A DNA stretch of 49,825 nt from an uncultured Chroococcidiopsis sp. GTDB taxonomy: Bacteria; Cyanobacteriota; Cyanobacteriia; Cyanobacteriales; Chroococcidiopsidaceae. Position 1 is the first letter of the stretch; each line of letters starts with the position of its first letter. Under the pieces are notes generated by a model. That model was not told the DNA's origin. It was given only the letters and a program-made list of their open reading frames with translations, and ran no database searches. This document shows, piece by piece, positions 32,578 to 41,809 of the stretch. The stretch is from contig CAXTYC010000037.1 of assembly GCA_964248365.1 (NCBI GenBank), forward strand, positions 1-49,825, in the 5' to 3' direction. The position numbers were made by a program, and so were the translations under genes.

Positions 32578-33902
32578 TACCTGATTTTGAAGCAGTGGGG
32601 CAGCTTGAGGAATTAGTTGAAGAACCAGACTAAGCCTCCTGAATATTTCATTAGGTACGCAATAATGCCTGTTTTAATGGTGAATAACCAATAAAGCAGG
32701 CTAACTTTTTAAGTGTTACAATTGTTTGCATAAGTTATGCAACCCTTAGAATATTTGCTAAATTTTCTAATTACAGAGATTGGTATAGAGGCTACTTTCC
32801 AAGTAGTATACGAAGCTGTTAGTCAAGATAGCTCATCTGAGCAAGCCGACCAACTATACTCAGCTTTTCGCGTTGTAATAGATGTGCAAAAACAACGACA
32901 CTTGCTATAGCGATCATGTGGCGTGAAACTCAGAAGGATTGGACAAAGTAATTCTTCAGTTAGGTTAGAGGATGTTTCTACTGCTGCCCCGAAACAAATA
33001 TTCTTTTTCCAATTAGCTAAACTCTACCCAACATTTGGTGGCGTTCGAGTACAAGTGTTGGGCATTGGTGGGAATTGTTGTTCACCCATCACCAGAAAAA
33101 TATGGTATCCATTAAAGACAAGATTGCCAAAATGTTGTTACTGGCAAATGGAGAATTAGTCCGCCATCGTCATGCAGTTGAGGCAGGGCTATTTGTAGAA
33201 GATAAAAACACCTCGCATTTGAGCACAAAGAAAAAGATTAAGCAAATCTAAATGATTAATACCTAAAAGCCAATGAGCAGGTAATAGTGAAAAGCTTAAA
33301 CTAACTAATACTAGGTAGTATAAAGGTAGTTGAAGCTTAACACTACTTTTGTTGATAGTTAGTAGAGGTATTCAAAGTAGATGCCTCTGCTAACGAGAAA
33401 AATATTTTGCATTTGTTCATTGTGCATTACTCTTAGTTTCAGTAGTAACCCTTAATCCAAGGTGACTAATGATATTAATGTCAACAGAATTCACAACGGC
33501 GACAAAAGAAATAGTACAGCCAAAAACTCTTGAACAGCCCGCGTACTACAAGGCGCATTACCAGCGCATTTACTTTAAAGCTAAGCTCGCAAGTTAAGCC
33601 TACTTTACTCAAACATCTTAGTTAGATCAGCACACAAATAAGGCAAATTCAAGGCGATTCATTAACTATTCACTAATTGCTGAAATTCTGGATTAGGGTA
33701 AGTTCTGTCTTTTAAGGACAAAATGATGTTTTAGCGAACGGGGAATTAGTATGCCATTGCCGTACAGTAAAAATAGAAATTTTTGAAATCCGATCTGAAG
33801 CAAAATCCTAGTCTGAAAAAGCAAAGGCAATACCCAACAAAGCAAGTAACCGTAGCAAACGAACATTTCATTACTTCAAATTTGACTACCAGGAAATCAA
33901 CC

Positions 33903-34949
33903 ATGTTCAAAAAAGCAACAAAAACACGGATTCGGCTTCGCCTAGCTTTATGCGGACCATCAGGTTCGGGTAAAACTATGTCCTCATTAGCAATCGCCTC
34001 ACACTTGGGGCAGCGTATCGCCGTTATCGACACCGAAAGGGGCAGTGCTTCTCGTTATGCAGACGATTTCGAGTTTGACGTAGTAGAGCTTGAAAGTTTT
34101 CATCCGACAAAATATATTCAGGCGATTAAAGCTGCTTCACAAGCTGGTTATGACGTATTGATCATTGATTCCCTTTCTCATGCATGGATAGGAAAAGACG
34201 GTGAACTAGACCTGGTAGAACGAGGTAAAAACTCCTTCACAGCTTGGAAAGATGTCAGACCATTAGAAAGAGCCTTGATTGATGCAATGTTAGGGTGCAA
34301 ATGCCACCTGATTGCCACGATGAGGACGAAAACTGAATGGGTGGTAGAACAGAACGAAAGGGGTAAAGCGGAACCACGACGGGTAGGTACTGCTCCAATT
34401 CAAACTCACAATATTGAATATGAATTTGATTTGGCAGGAGAGTTAAACTTGCACAATACCTTAACAATTACTAAGTCGAGGTGTCCAGCTTTGAGTGGAC
34501 AGATGTTTGTCCAACCAGGAAAACAAATAGCAGATGCTCTCAAAGTCTGGCTGGACAGTGGATTACCAGCACAAGCAGTTAACCCAAGCTTGCAACCGAG
34601 TGAGGTTTTTGCGGGTGGTACGAGCAAGGTAGAAAGTTCTAGTGAAATGGGTGAAAAGCCACAAGACAACCCGAATCGGGAATTGCTTAAACGAATTGGT
34701 CAAATCACCGGACACTCTAGCAAACAGATTGCACAGATACTGGAAACAAACTTCCCAGGCAGAACAAGTGGCTCTCTTAATGACCTAGAAGTCAGATCCA
34801 TAGTTGATGCCATGTGCGTTCTGGCAGCCACAAATGCTATGGATGAAGACGTGGCACAAACAGCGTTTAACACATGGTCTAACCATGTGCCGCCAGAAAC
34901 GGCTTATGAAGAACTGGCGCGAGGCTGGATGGAACAAGTCTCGTTCTGA
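33903..34949 (+). CDS. AAA_24 / Sak4-like phage-type ATPase
   Basis: KATK..RLRLALCGPSGSGKT, IDTERGS, IIDSLSHAW and EYEFD; AGGA RBS before ATG 33903. Confidence 0.85.
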   Translation: MFKKATKTRIRLRLALCGPSGSGKTMSSLAIASHLGQRIAVIDTERGSASRYADDFEFDVVELESFHPTKYIQAIKAASQAGYDVLIIDSLSHAWIGKDGELDLVERGKNSFTAWKDVRPLERALIDAMLGCKCHLIATMRTKTEWVVEQNERGKAEPRRVGTAPIQTHNIEYEFDLAGELNLHNTLTITKSRCPALSGQMFVQPGKQIADALKVWLDSGLPAQAVNPSLQPSEVFAGGTSKVESSSEMGEKPQDNPNRELLKRIGQITGHSSKQIAQILETNFPGRTSGSLNDLEVRSIVDAMCVLAATNAMDEDVAQTAFNTWSNHVPPETAYEELARGWMEQVSF

Positions 34950-35177
34950 GAGGTCATTTGTGCGTCCTCGCGTTACCCTCATCGATCCGTCGCCAGTGTC
35001 AAATAGAAGATCTGTGTGGTTATTAGGGTGGGGCTTACTTTATAAATCAGCACTGAAAATAGTATTGACCTTTTTTGAATTCCCCGAAGGGGTTGGCTTC
35101 ACTACTAGGCGAAAAGCAAAAACGAGGACTAGAAAGTTAATTTTTAGTCCTCGTTCTTTTAATCAGGAGATAAAACA

Positions 35178-35378
35178 ATGTCAAAAATAATCGAACAATT
35201 GCAAAACTACCTAGAGCATTACCAAGCTAATTATCCAAAAGCAAATAGGATGGGTAAAGCTATCATTCGCGCTCATGTTAATAAGTTAAAGCGTCAGATT
35301 AACCGCTTGAGAATAAATAATGATAAGCAAACCACCGTTCAAGTAATTGTCAACAAAGAGTTCGCACATCAGACCTGA
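35178..35378 (+). CDS. Small basic hypothetical protein
   Basis: Strong AGGAG RBS; 66 aa. Confidence 0.6.
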   Translation: MSKIIEQLQNYLEHYQANYPKANRMGKAIIRAHVNKLKRQINRLRINNDKQTTVQVIVNKEFAHQT

Positions 35379-35693
35379 AAGAACCAGATAGTAATTCGCT
35401 GTGAAAAAGTTTGATTTAGGCGTTGAATTTGAGTGTAAACAATACTTCTTGAAGAACAAGAGTAGTGTATTAGTGGTTGTGCCGTAGCTAATTCGGCTCA
35501 AAGTTAGAGGCATATTTAGTAGCAACTCCAAAGGGACTATCTGAGCTTTTTGATGTAGTAGAACTCGCTAAGCTCCAGCGTTGAAATCCGAACGACAGTG
35601 CAAATAGCAACGCAGTCGCGGACGGGACTTTATACTACACATCATCTGCCAAGCATAAGTTACTAGCATTTCATATTTTATCAGGTATCAGTC

Positions 35694-35994
35694 ATGAAAG
35701 TTTACGAAGTAATAAAAACACTAAAAAGTTCTGGTTGGCGTTTGGAACGGACGACGGGCAGCCACCGCCAATTCAAACACCCTGTTATGCCACAGCTAGT
35801 TACTTTACCTGGAAAACTTTCGCGCATAAGTAGGTCGTCTGAAAAAAATGTGCGAACCGTGTGTTGGCGGATCTGTTATTGCCGCTAGGGTTATCTATGT
35901 TGACGGTTCGCTGTTTATTTATGACGAGTGTACTTACATTCCCATTGGTACACTTCATAAAATTAAGAAAATCGCGTGTCTAAGGATTAAATAA
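35694..35994 (+). pseudogene. hicA: HicA toxin gene interrupted by MITE-A
   Basis: GW...RTTGSHRQFKHP...VTLPG before the MITE and IPIGTLHKI after it. Exact frame is not restored by TA excision. No hicB adjacent. Confidence 0.82.
35829..35934 (+). mobile_element. MITE family A, copy 6
   Basis: TA flanks; B-type left arm and A-type right arm. Confidence 0.9.
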
Positions 35995-35996
35995 CA

Positions 35997-36185
35997 ATGA
36001 ATTTAACTAAACGTCAAACAGCAACAGTACTAGCTGCTTTGAGGTTTTTCCAAGCAAACTTCAACAATTTAGATGAAATGAGAGAAGAAATGTCTTTTCA
36101 TTTTCAAGACAATGAACCACTTGACTATGAGGAAATTGACGATTTGTGCAAACTAATTAACTGCGGATTAATTAAAACCGAATGA
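35997..36185 (+). CDS. Small hypothetical protein
   Basis: 62 aa; ATGA overlap with the next gene. Confidence 0.6.
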   Translation: MNLTKRQTATVLAALRFFQANFNNLDEMREEMSFHFQDNEPLDYEEIDDLCKLINCGLIKTE

Positions 36186-36514
36186 AATTTTTGCTCGTAT
36201 TCCCCCCTTACGGATGGCTGATACTATCTGCTTTGTTTTACGCTCAAGGAGAGTATTTGTCTAAACTCTGGGCTATAAATCCAAGTATTCGTATTTCTCT
36301 GTTAGTGATTTTGTCCTACTCAATGGCAGCATTGACATGGTTGCCTGCACTTCTGCATAAAAACCAAATTACAATTATGGGTGCGGCCTGGCTTCTGCTA
36401 GCTACTGCGGCCACAGTAGTTATTGGTTGTTTCATTTTTAACGAGGATTTGACTTCCTTGCAACTGGTTGGACTGGGGTTGGCTTGCACGGCAATGATAT
36501 TATTAAGTTACTAG
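36182..36514 (+). CDS. Small 4-TM DMT/SMR-like membrane protein
   Basis: 110 aa with four hydrophobic helices and G.FIFNE.LT..Q.VG motif. Confidence 0.7.
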   Translation: MKFLLVFPPYGWLILSALFYAQGEYLSKLWAINPSIRISLLVILSYSMAALTWLPALLHKNQITIMGAAWLLLATAATVVIGCFIFNEDLTSLQLVGLGLACTAMILLSY

Positions 36515-37051
36515 CCACTAGTAGCAATTGTGATCGCGCTGTCACTACAAAACACCCAATAACTAGCACTTCACTTTACTTTTGGATAGGCTCTGAAGTG
36601 GAACAAGAATTAAAGCCTGATAAAATTCCCTGTATTTGGCAATGCTGTGGGGAATATGAAATTATGGCTTGTAGTTTAACTGATGCCATTGCTTTAGCTG
36701 AAGGAAAAGGGGTTTAAATAAGTAAAAATCACTAGAGGCAATCGTACAAGTTTAAAAGTGAGTTGCAAGTAATGTAGACTTTAAAAGCAAAACATCAAGA
36801 GTAGGTGACAGCTTTTACCAAAATTAGGAGAATAAGTAATTACCAGCCTTTTCAAGAGTATTTGTCCGCATTGGTAGTGATTTGACAATGCGATCGCTCA
36901 CTTGCCTGAACTTTTTATAACTCTGTGAGAATTTTTAAAATCCTCGCTCCTCTTACCAAAAATGCGATTGCTCTCATCCAAGACTGAATAAATTATGAAG
37001 CAAAAAACAGTTGCCGCTTTGTTGCAAGCTTACAGGCGATTGCAACAGATA

Positions 37052-37157
37052 AGTAGGTCGTCTGAAATAAACAGCGAACCGTGTGTTGGCGGATCTGTTA
37101 TTGCCGCTAGGGTTATCTATGTTGACGGTTCGCACATTTTTTTATGACGAGTGTACT
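37052..37157 (+). mobile_element. MITE family A, copy 7
   Basis: TA flanks; shares the TA at 37158-37159 with MITE-B. Confidence 0.9.
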
Positions 37158-37159
37158 TA

Positions 37160-37260
37160 GCGTTTTTCTGACAAATTGGTGAAACCTTCATTAACATAAC
37201 TGTGTGTATACTGGACTATTCGAGAGGACAAAAAGGTTTCACACGTTACGAAAACGGGTG
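37160..37260 (+). mobile_element. MITE family B, copy 3
   Basis: TA on both sides; near-identical to the other two copies. Confidence 0.88.
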
Positions 37261-37625
37261 TAAAGTAGTCATCAAAGAGTATTGACGGCTATCATGCCTC
37301 AGATCAGCACTGAGGCATGATAAGTGATGCTTTTGTTGGCTGCTTATTCCTAAGTATCCCGATCATCAGTTATCAAGTTAAAGGCTATGCAACAGACTTA
37401 CTACCTATGCCTGCTGCTGAATAGGTAACGCTCTGGCTTGCTACGGCTTACAACTTTTGCACAAGGCTATCGAGATTTTACGGGTGATAAAGCGGAACAG
37501 ATGTTCAAGTAACCAACTAGTTTTGACCACACCCGCTTATCTTATATGGTTTAACTATGGCGTTAAACTAACGTTAAAATATTTTGTTGAGGTGAGGTTA
37601 TGAGTATCCTTAAGCTACCAAAAAG

Positions 37626-37856
37626 ATGGAATCTACAGTAAGCCTTGTTGTTCATGCAGATGAAACTAGTTCTCAAGTTACTACAAAAGCAGGTCAAGTA
37701 CTCAAAGAGTTTACAGATTCTGATGATTACCAGGCTAACCTCAAAGCTGCGGAATCATGGCTAGCCGAACACGGGTTTGTTCATGTGGGTCAGAATGATT
37801 ATGCGAAGTATGACCCATTAATAACTGGTGACACATCCCAGAGTAAATACGAGTAG
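37626..37856 (+). CDS. Small hypothetical protein
   Basis: 76-aa ORF upstream of the sigma factor. Confidence 0.5.
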   Translation: MESTVSLVVHADETSSQVTTKAGQVLKEFTDSDDYQANLKAAESWLAEHGFVHVGQNDYAKYDPLITGDTSQSKYE

Positions 37857-37957
37857 AAGGATTAAGGGTTAAAGACTATCAAAGTCCTTTCAAGATATTA
37901 AGAAATATTAGTCTTCTGGCATTAACATAGTCAGACCTAATCTATTGTTGGGTTGAT

Positions 37958-38914
37958 GTGACAGCTGGGAATATGGATTTAGTTCAAATATATCTCAACG
38001 AAATCGGGCGGATACCATTGCTAACTCATGATCTTGAAGTAGCCTATGGCAGGCAAGTGCAGCAGATGATGCACTTGCTAGAGGCGAAAAAGTCTTTGAG
38101 CGAGAAATTATCTCGTGAGCCAACAGTTTCTGAGTGGGCAGGGGCAGTTTCGCAGTCTGGGTCAGAACTAAATCAAACCATACGCGCTGGGCAACGAGCT
38201 AGACAAAAGATGGTGAGTGCGAACCTACGTTTGGTAGTAGCAATTGCCAAGAAGTATCAGCATCGAGGACTAGAATTACTAGATTTGATACAAGAAGGAA
38301 CAATTGGGTTACAGCGGGGAGTAGAGAAGTTTGACCCAAGCATTGGATACAGACTTTCGACCTACTGCTACTGGTGGATTAAACAGGCAATTAGCCGTGC
38401 AATCATGGATCAGTCTCGCACTATCCGTATGCCGATACATCTGACGGAAAAGCTGAACAAAATTAAGAAATCTGCGCGGATTTTATCGCAAAAGCTAGGA
38501 CGAATGCCAAAAATCTTGGAACTAGCAACCCATGCTGGAATGAGCCAGTCGCAAGTGCTACAGTTACTCGAATACAAGCACAACGCGGCAATATCTTTAG
38601 ACATACTTATAAATGAAGGGCAAGACACTACCCTGGGGGAGCTATTGGAGGATGACAATGCTGCCGCCGCTATGGAAAGTTATGTACTCTACTCTTCAAT
38701 GCGCAATGACATCGATCAACTGATGTTAGAGCGCCTTACACCTCAAGAGCAGCAAGTCTTGTCACTGCGGTTTGGACTAATTGGTGTTGAAGGCGATTTA
38801 TCGCTTGCTAAGGTTGGTGAGCAGATGAATTTGACGCGAGAGCGGATTCGTCAAGTAGAGAAAAAAGGCTTGAACAAACTGCGGCGGCACTGTGATGTGT
38901 TGGAGGGGTATTAA
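37958..38914 (+). CDS. RNA polymerase sigma70 factor, cyanobacterial group-2-like
   Basis: YLNEIGRIPLL, ANLRLVVAIAKKY, DLIQEG, STYCYWWIKQAI and TRERIRQ. Confidence 0.93.
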   Translation: MTAGNMDLVQIYLNEIGRIPLLTHDLEVAYGRQVQQMMHLLEAKKSLSEKLSREPTVSEWAGAVSQSGSELNQTIRAGQRARQKMVSANLRLVVAIAKKYQHRGLELLDLIQEGTIGLQRGVEKFDPSIGYRLSTYCYWWIKQAISRAIMDQSRTIRMPIHLTEKLNKIKKSARILSQKLGRMPKILELATHAGMSQSQVLQLLEYKHNAAISLDILINEGQDTTLGELLEDDNAAAAMESYVLYSSMRNDIDQLMLERLTPQEQQVLSLRFGLIGVEGDLSLAKVGEQMNLTRERIRQVEKKGLNKLRRHCDVLEGY

Positions 38915-39307
38915 ATTGACTAGCACAGTCTCACTTTAGCTAAAATAGTAAATACAAATGTACTAATAAAAATGCATATCCTCTGGTTTCGACGGGATTT
39001 GCGGCTGCGTGACAATGAAATGGTAGCTCTAGCATCTGCTAATAATGCCTCGGTTTTACCTTGTTTTATTATCGATCCTTGGTTTTACCAGCAGCCAGAT
39101 GTAGGTAAGGCAAGGGTAAAGTTTTTATTTGAGTCTCTAGAAAATCTGAACTCTAATCTTTTGAGCCTGGGTAGCCAGTTATATATATTTGAGGGCGAGA
39201 GCATAGCTATCCTTCAAGCTCTTACTAGAGAGCTACTAGAGCAATCTTTCCGTCCTAAGCTGTTCTTCAACCGCGATGTACAGGTAGGGTATGGTATCGA
39301 CCGCGAT

Positions 39308-39328
39308 AACTTCGTTCAGCTTCGCTAA
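39308..39328 (-). mobile_element. 21-nt small dispersed element inserted in HIP1 (SDR5-like)
   Basis: GCGAT-AACTTCGTTCAGCTTCGCTAA-CGC; removal regenerates GCGATCGC. Confidence 0.88.
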
Positions 39329-39815
39329 CGCGCTATTGTTGATTTCTACCGCCAACAAAATCTGGGCTATCACTTGGGTTTAAATAACTTCGTCCAAGTT
39401 GATAGCGATCGCCGTGACGAATGGTTTAATGAGTACTACACCTATCAACGGCAACCGCTGCATCCAACACCCACACAGATTAATACGCCCCAGCTAGCCC
39501 TTAACCTGCCGCAACTTACATTTGATCAGTTGAAGCAAAAATATAGTCAGTTTTGGCAGATAAATACTGGGTATTTTACAGGTGGCGAAACTAATGCTGT
39601 CGCCACATTAGAATCGTTTCTCGAACATCGATTTTCTGGATACCACTGGAAAGTATCTCGTCCAATGTTAGCGCAGCAAGGTGCAACATCTCACCTTTCG
39701 CCGCACCTAACTTTTGGCACAATATCAACTCGCACTGTCTATCAAAGCACAAAAGCAAGAGTAGCCCAATTAGCTCTTCAACCAAAGGCTGAGTTTTCAC
39801 TTAAAGCCTTCCGCG

Positions 39816-39836
39816 TTAGCGAAGCTTAACGAAGTT
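39816..39836 (+). mobile_element. 21-nt small dispersed element inserted in HIP1 (SDR5-like)
   Basis: GCG-TTAGCGAAGCTTAACGAAGTT-ATCGC; 20/21 identical to the reverse complement of the other copy. Removal gives FRDRLRWHD. Confidence 0.9.
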
Positions 39837-40731
39837 ATCGCTTGCGTTGGCACGATAGCTTTACTCAAAGGCTATATCATTATCCAGAATTAGTGCATCA
39901 AAATCGTTACCCAGAGTTTGACGAGTACTATAACTTAGAGCCATTAACCGAACAAAAGCAAGAATTACTGGCTGCTTGGAAGGAAGGAGAAACAGGTTTT
40001 CCATTAGTTGATGCTTCTATGCGGCAGTTAAAGACGATGGGGTGGATGAACTTTAGAACTAGAGCAATGTGCGCCACATTTTTGTGTATCAACTGCGGTA
40101 TTTCTTGGCATCACGGTGGACAGCACTATATGCAGTACCTAGTTGACGGCGACCTGGCAATAGACCACTGGCAGTGGCAAATGCAAGCTGGAATCACTAA
40201 TTCCTTATCCGACACCTTCCGCATTTACAATCCTAACAAGAATATCGAAGATAGGGACTCGGATCTAAAGTTCATTTATCATTGGGTTCCAGAATTACAC
40301 GGGTATAGCTTGCCAGAAATTCTGAATGGGGTTTACACAGGTGAAAGCCCCTATCCTGCACCAGTGTTGGATTGGGCGCAAACAAGGAAAGTTAACGGTA
40401 AGATCGTCTCGGACTTGAGGAGAAAAGTGAAGCAGCGGTTGATTGAGTCGGGTGGTGATGAATACTCGCAAGCTACCAAAGCCAAAATTACTGTAGATAA
40501 GTATTGGGCTGTTAAAGATAAGCAGTACAAAGAGTATCAATGCCAGAAACAGAACTTGGAATTAAAATCAACAGTAAATTTCTAGCTGTTAGGAGAATTG
40601 CTTTTATATATTTAAAGTAGGTTTAATAAAAAACCGCGCTTGAGTAAAACTAGCGGTAAACAGAAGAAGCTTGGAGGATTGGCTTTATGAGAAAGCGGAT
40701 TAAATTAACTTGTTAATGCGTTGATTTTATT

Positions 40732-41565
40732 GGTAGTGTTTTAGATTTGTTAAACAGAGATCTGGAGAAGTCAGATAAAGGCTAGAGTTTAATCAGTAGC
40801 TTGATGAGAAATCATGACTGTTTGGCTAGCCGTTCATTGTCCTCACTGCCAAAGGAAAGATGTGAAGAAGCTAGGCACATCTTCCAATGGTAAACGACGC
40901 TATCGCTGCCTAAATTCCGAGTGTCCGCACTCTACTTTCAGCTTGAATTTAGATGACCCAGGTCGCAAACGGGAGGTCAAGCAGCAAATCGTGGAAATGA
41001 CCCTCAATGGTAGCGCAGTTAGAGATATCGCCCGCGTGCTGCATATTAGCACAGCTACTGTCATTCAAGAACTAAAAGAAAACTCCACACTGGTAAAGTG
41101 TCAATCAGAAATTGTTGAGCCAGCTACAACTGGAGCAAGTGGAGGTCGTCATTGAGCTTGTGTTGGCAGATGAACAGACTGTGGTTGAAGAGTCCGAACT
41201 TGACCAGATGTGGAGTTATGTAGGTAAGAAGACGAATCCAAGATGGTTATGGCACGCAATTGACCGGAAGACAGGACAAGTACTGGCTTATGTTTTTGGG
41301 AGAAGAAAAGATGAAGTATTTCTTCAACTTAAGACACTGTTAGAACCGTTTGGAATCAAGCGCTATTGTACAGACGGATGGAGAGCATATGAACGCCATT
41401 TACCAGTCGAACTGCATCAGGTAGGGAAGCGAAATACCTAAAGAATCGAGCGTAAGCATCTAAGTTTAAGAACGAGAATTAAGCGATTAGTACGCAAGAC
41501 AATCTGCTTTTCCAAGACAGAATTGATGCACGATCTAGTAATTGGACTATTTATAAATCGCTACG
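40732..41565 (+). mobile_element. IS1-family element, insA plus degraded insB, right end missing
   Basis: InsA zinc finger CPHC...RYRC...C and HTH; InsB with D(E>Q) change and a premature stop at 41441. Confidence 0.88.
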
Positions 41566-41809
41566 TACGCATCAATAATTTTCTGACGCAGGTCTACAGA
41601 GTATGCTTTCATTTAGCTTCCGTCCAAGTTTCCCCCTTAAGTGTATCTTATTCAACTAAGAACCGCTGTATCTTTCACTACACGTTAAGCAATTCTCATT
41701 TCTCTGTTTTCCAGATTTTTTAGCTGGAAACGTTTATCAGTCTCTCATTATGCATCTATGAGATGCGTTTGCCCTGGGCAGAAAGGTTGATCAGATGGCT
41801 TTGAAGACA

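Larger units (their letters stand above)
38972..40585 (+). pseudogene. DNA photolyase/cryptochrome-family gene broken by two 21-nt HIP1 insertions
   Basis: WFRRDLRLRDN, SHLSPHLTFG, TGFPLVDASMRQL..GWM and WQWQ..G. All three ORFs share one frame, and both stops lie within the inserts. Confidence 0.9.

Noticed and set aside
33240..33780. AT-rich tract with short GGTAGT/AGTAG repeats as a replication origin
   Set aside because: Repeats are too short and irregular to call iterons.
320..37157. MITE-A as integron attC sites or CRISPR repeats
   Set aside because: No RYYYAAC/GTTRRRY cores. Copies are dispersed in both orientations and interrupt genes with TA duplications.
41567..41768. Possible approximately 200-bp MITE (ACGCATC...GATGCGT) at the IS1 break point
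   Set aside because: Only 7 bp of terminal repeat and a single copy in the window.
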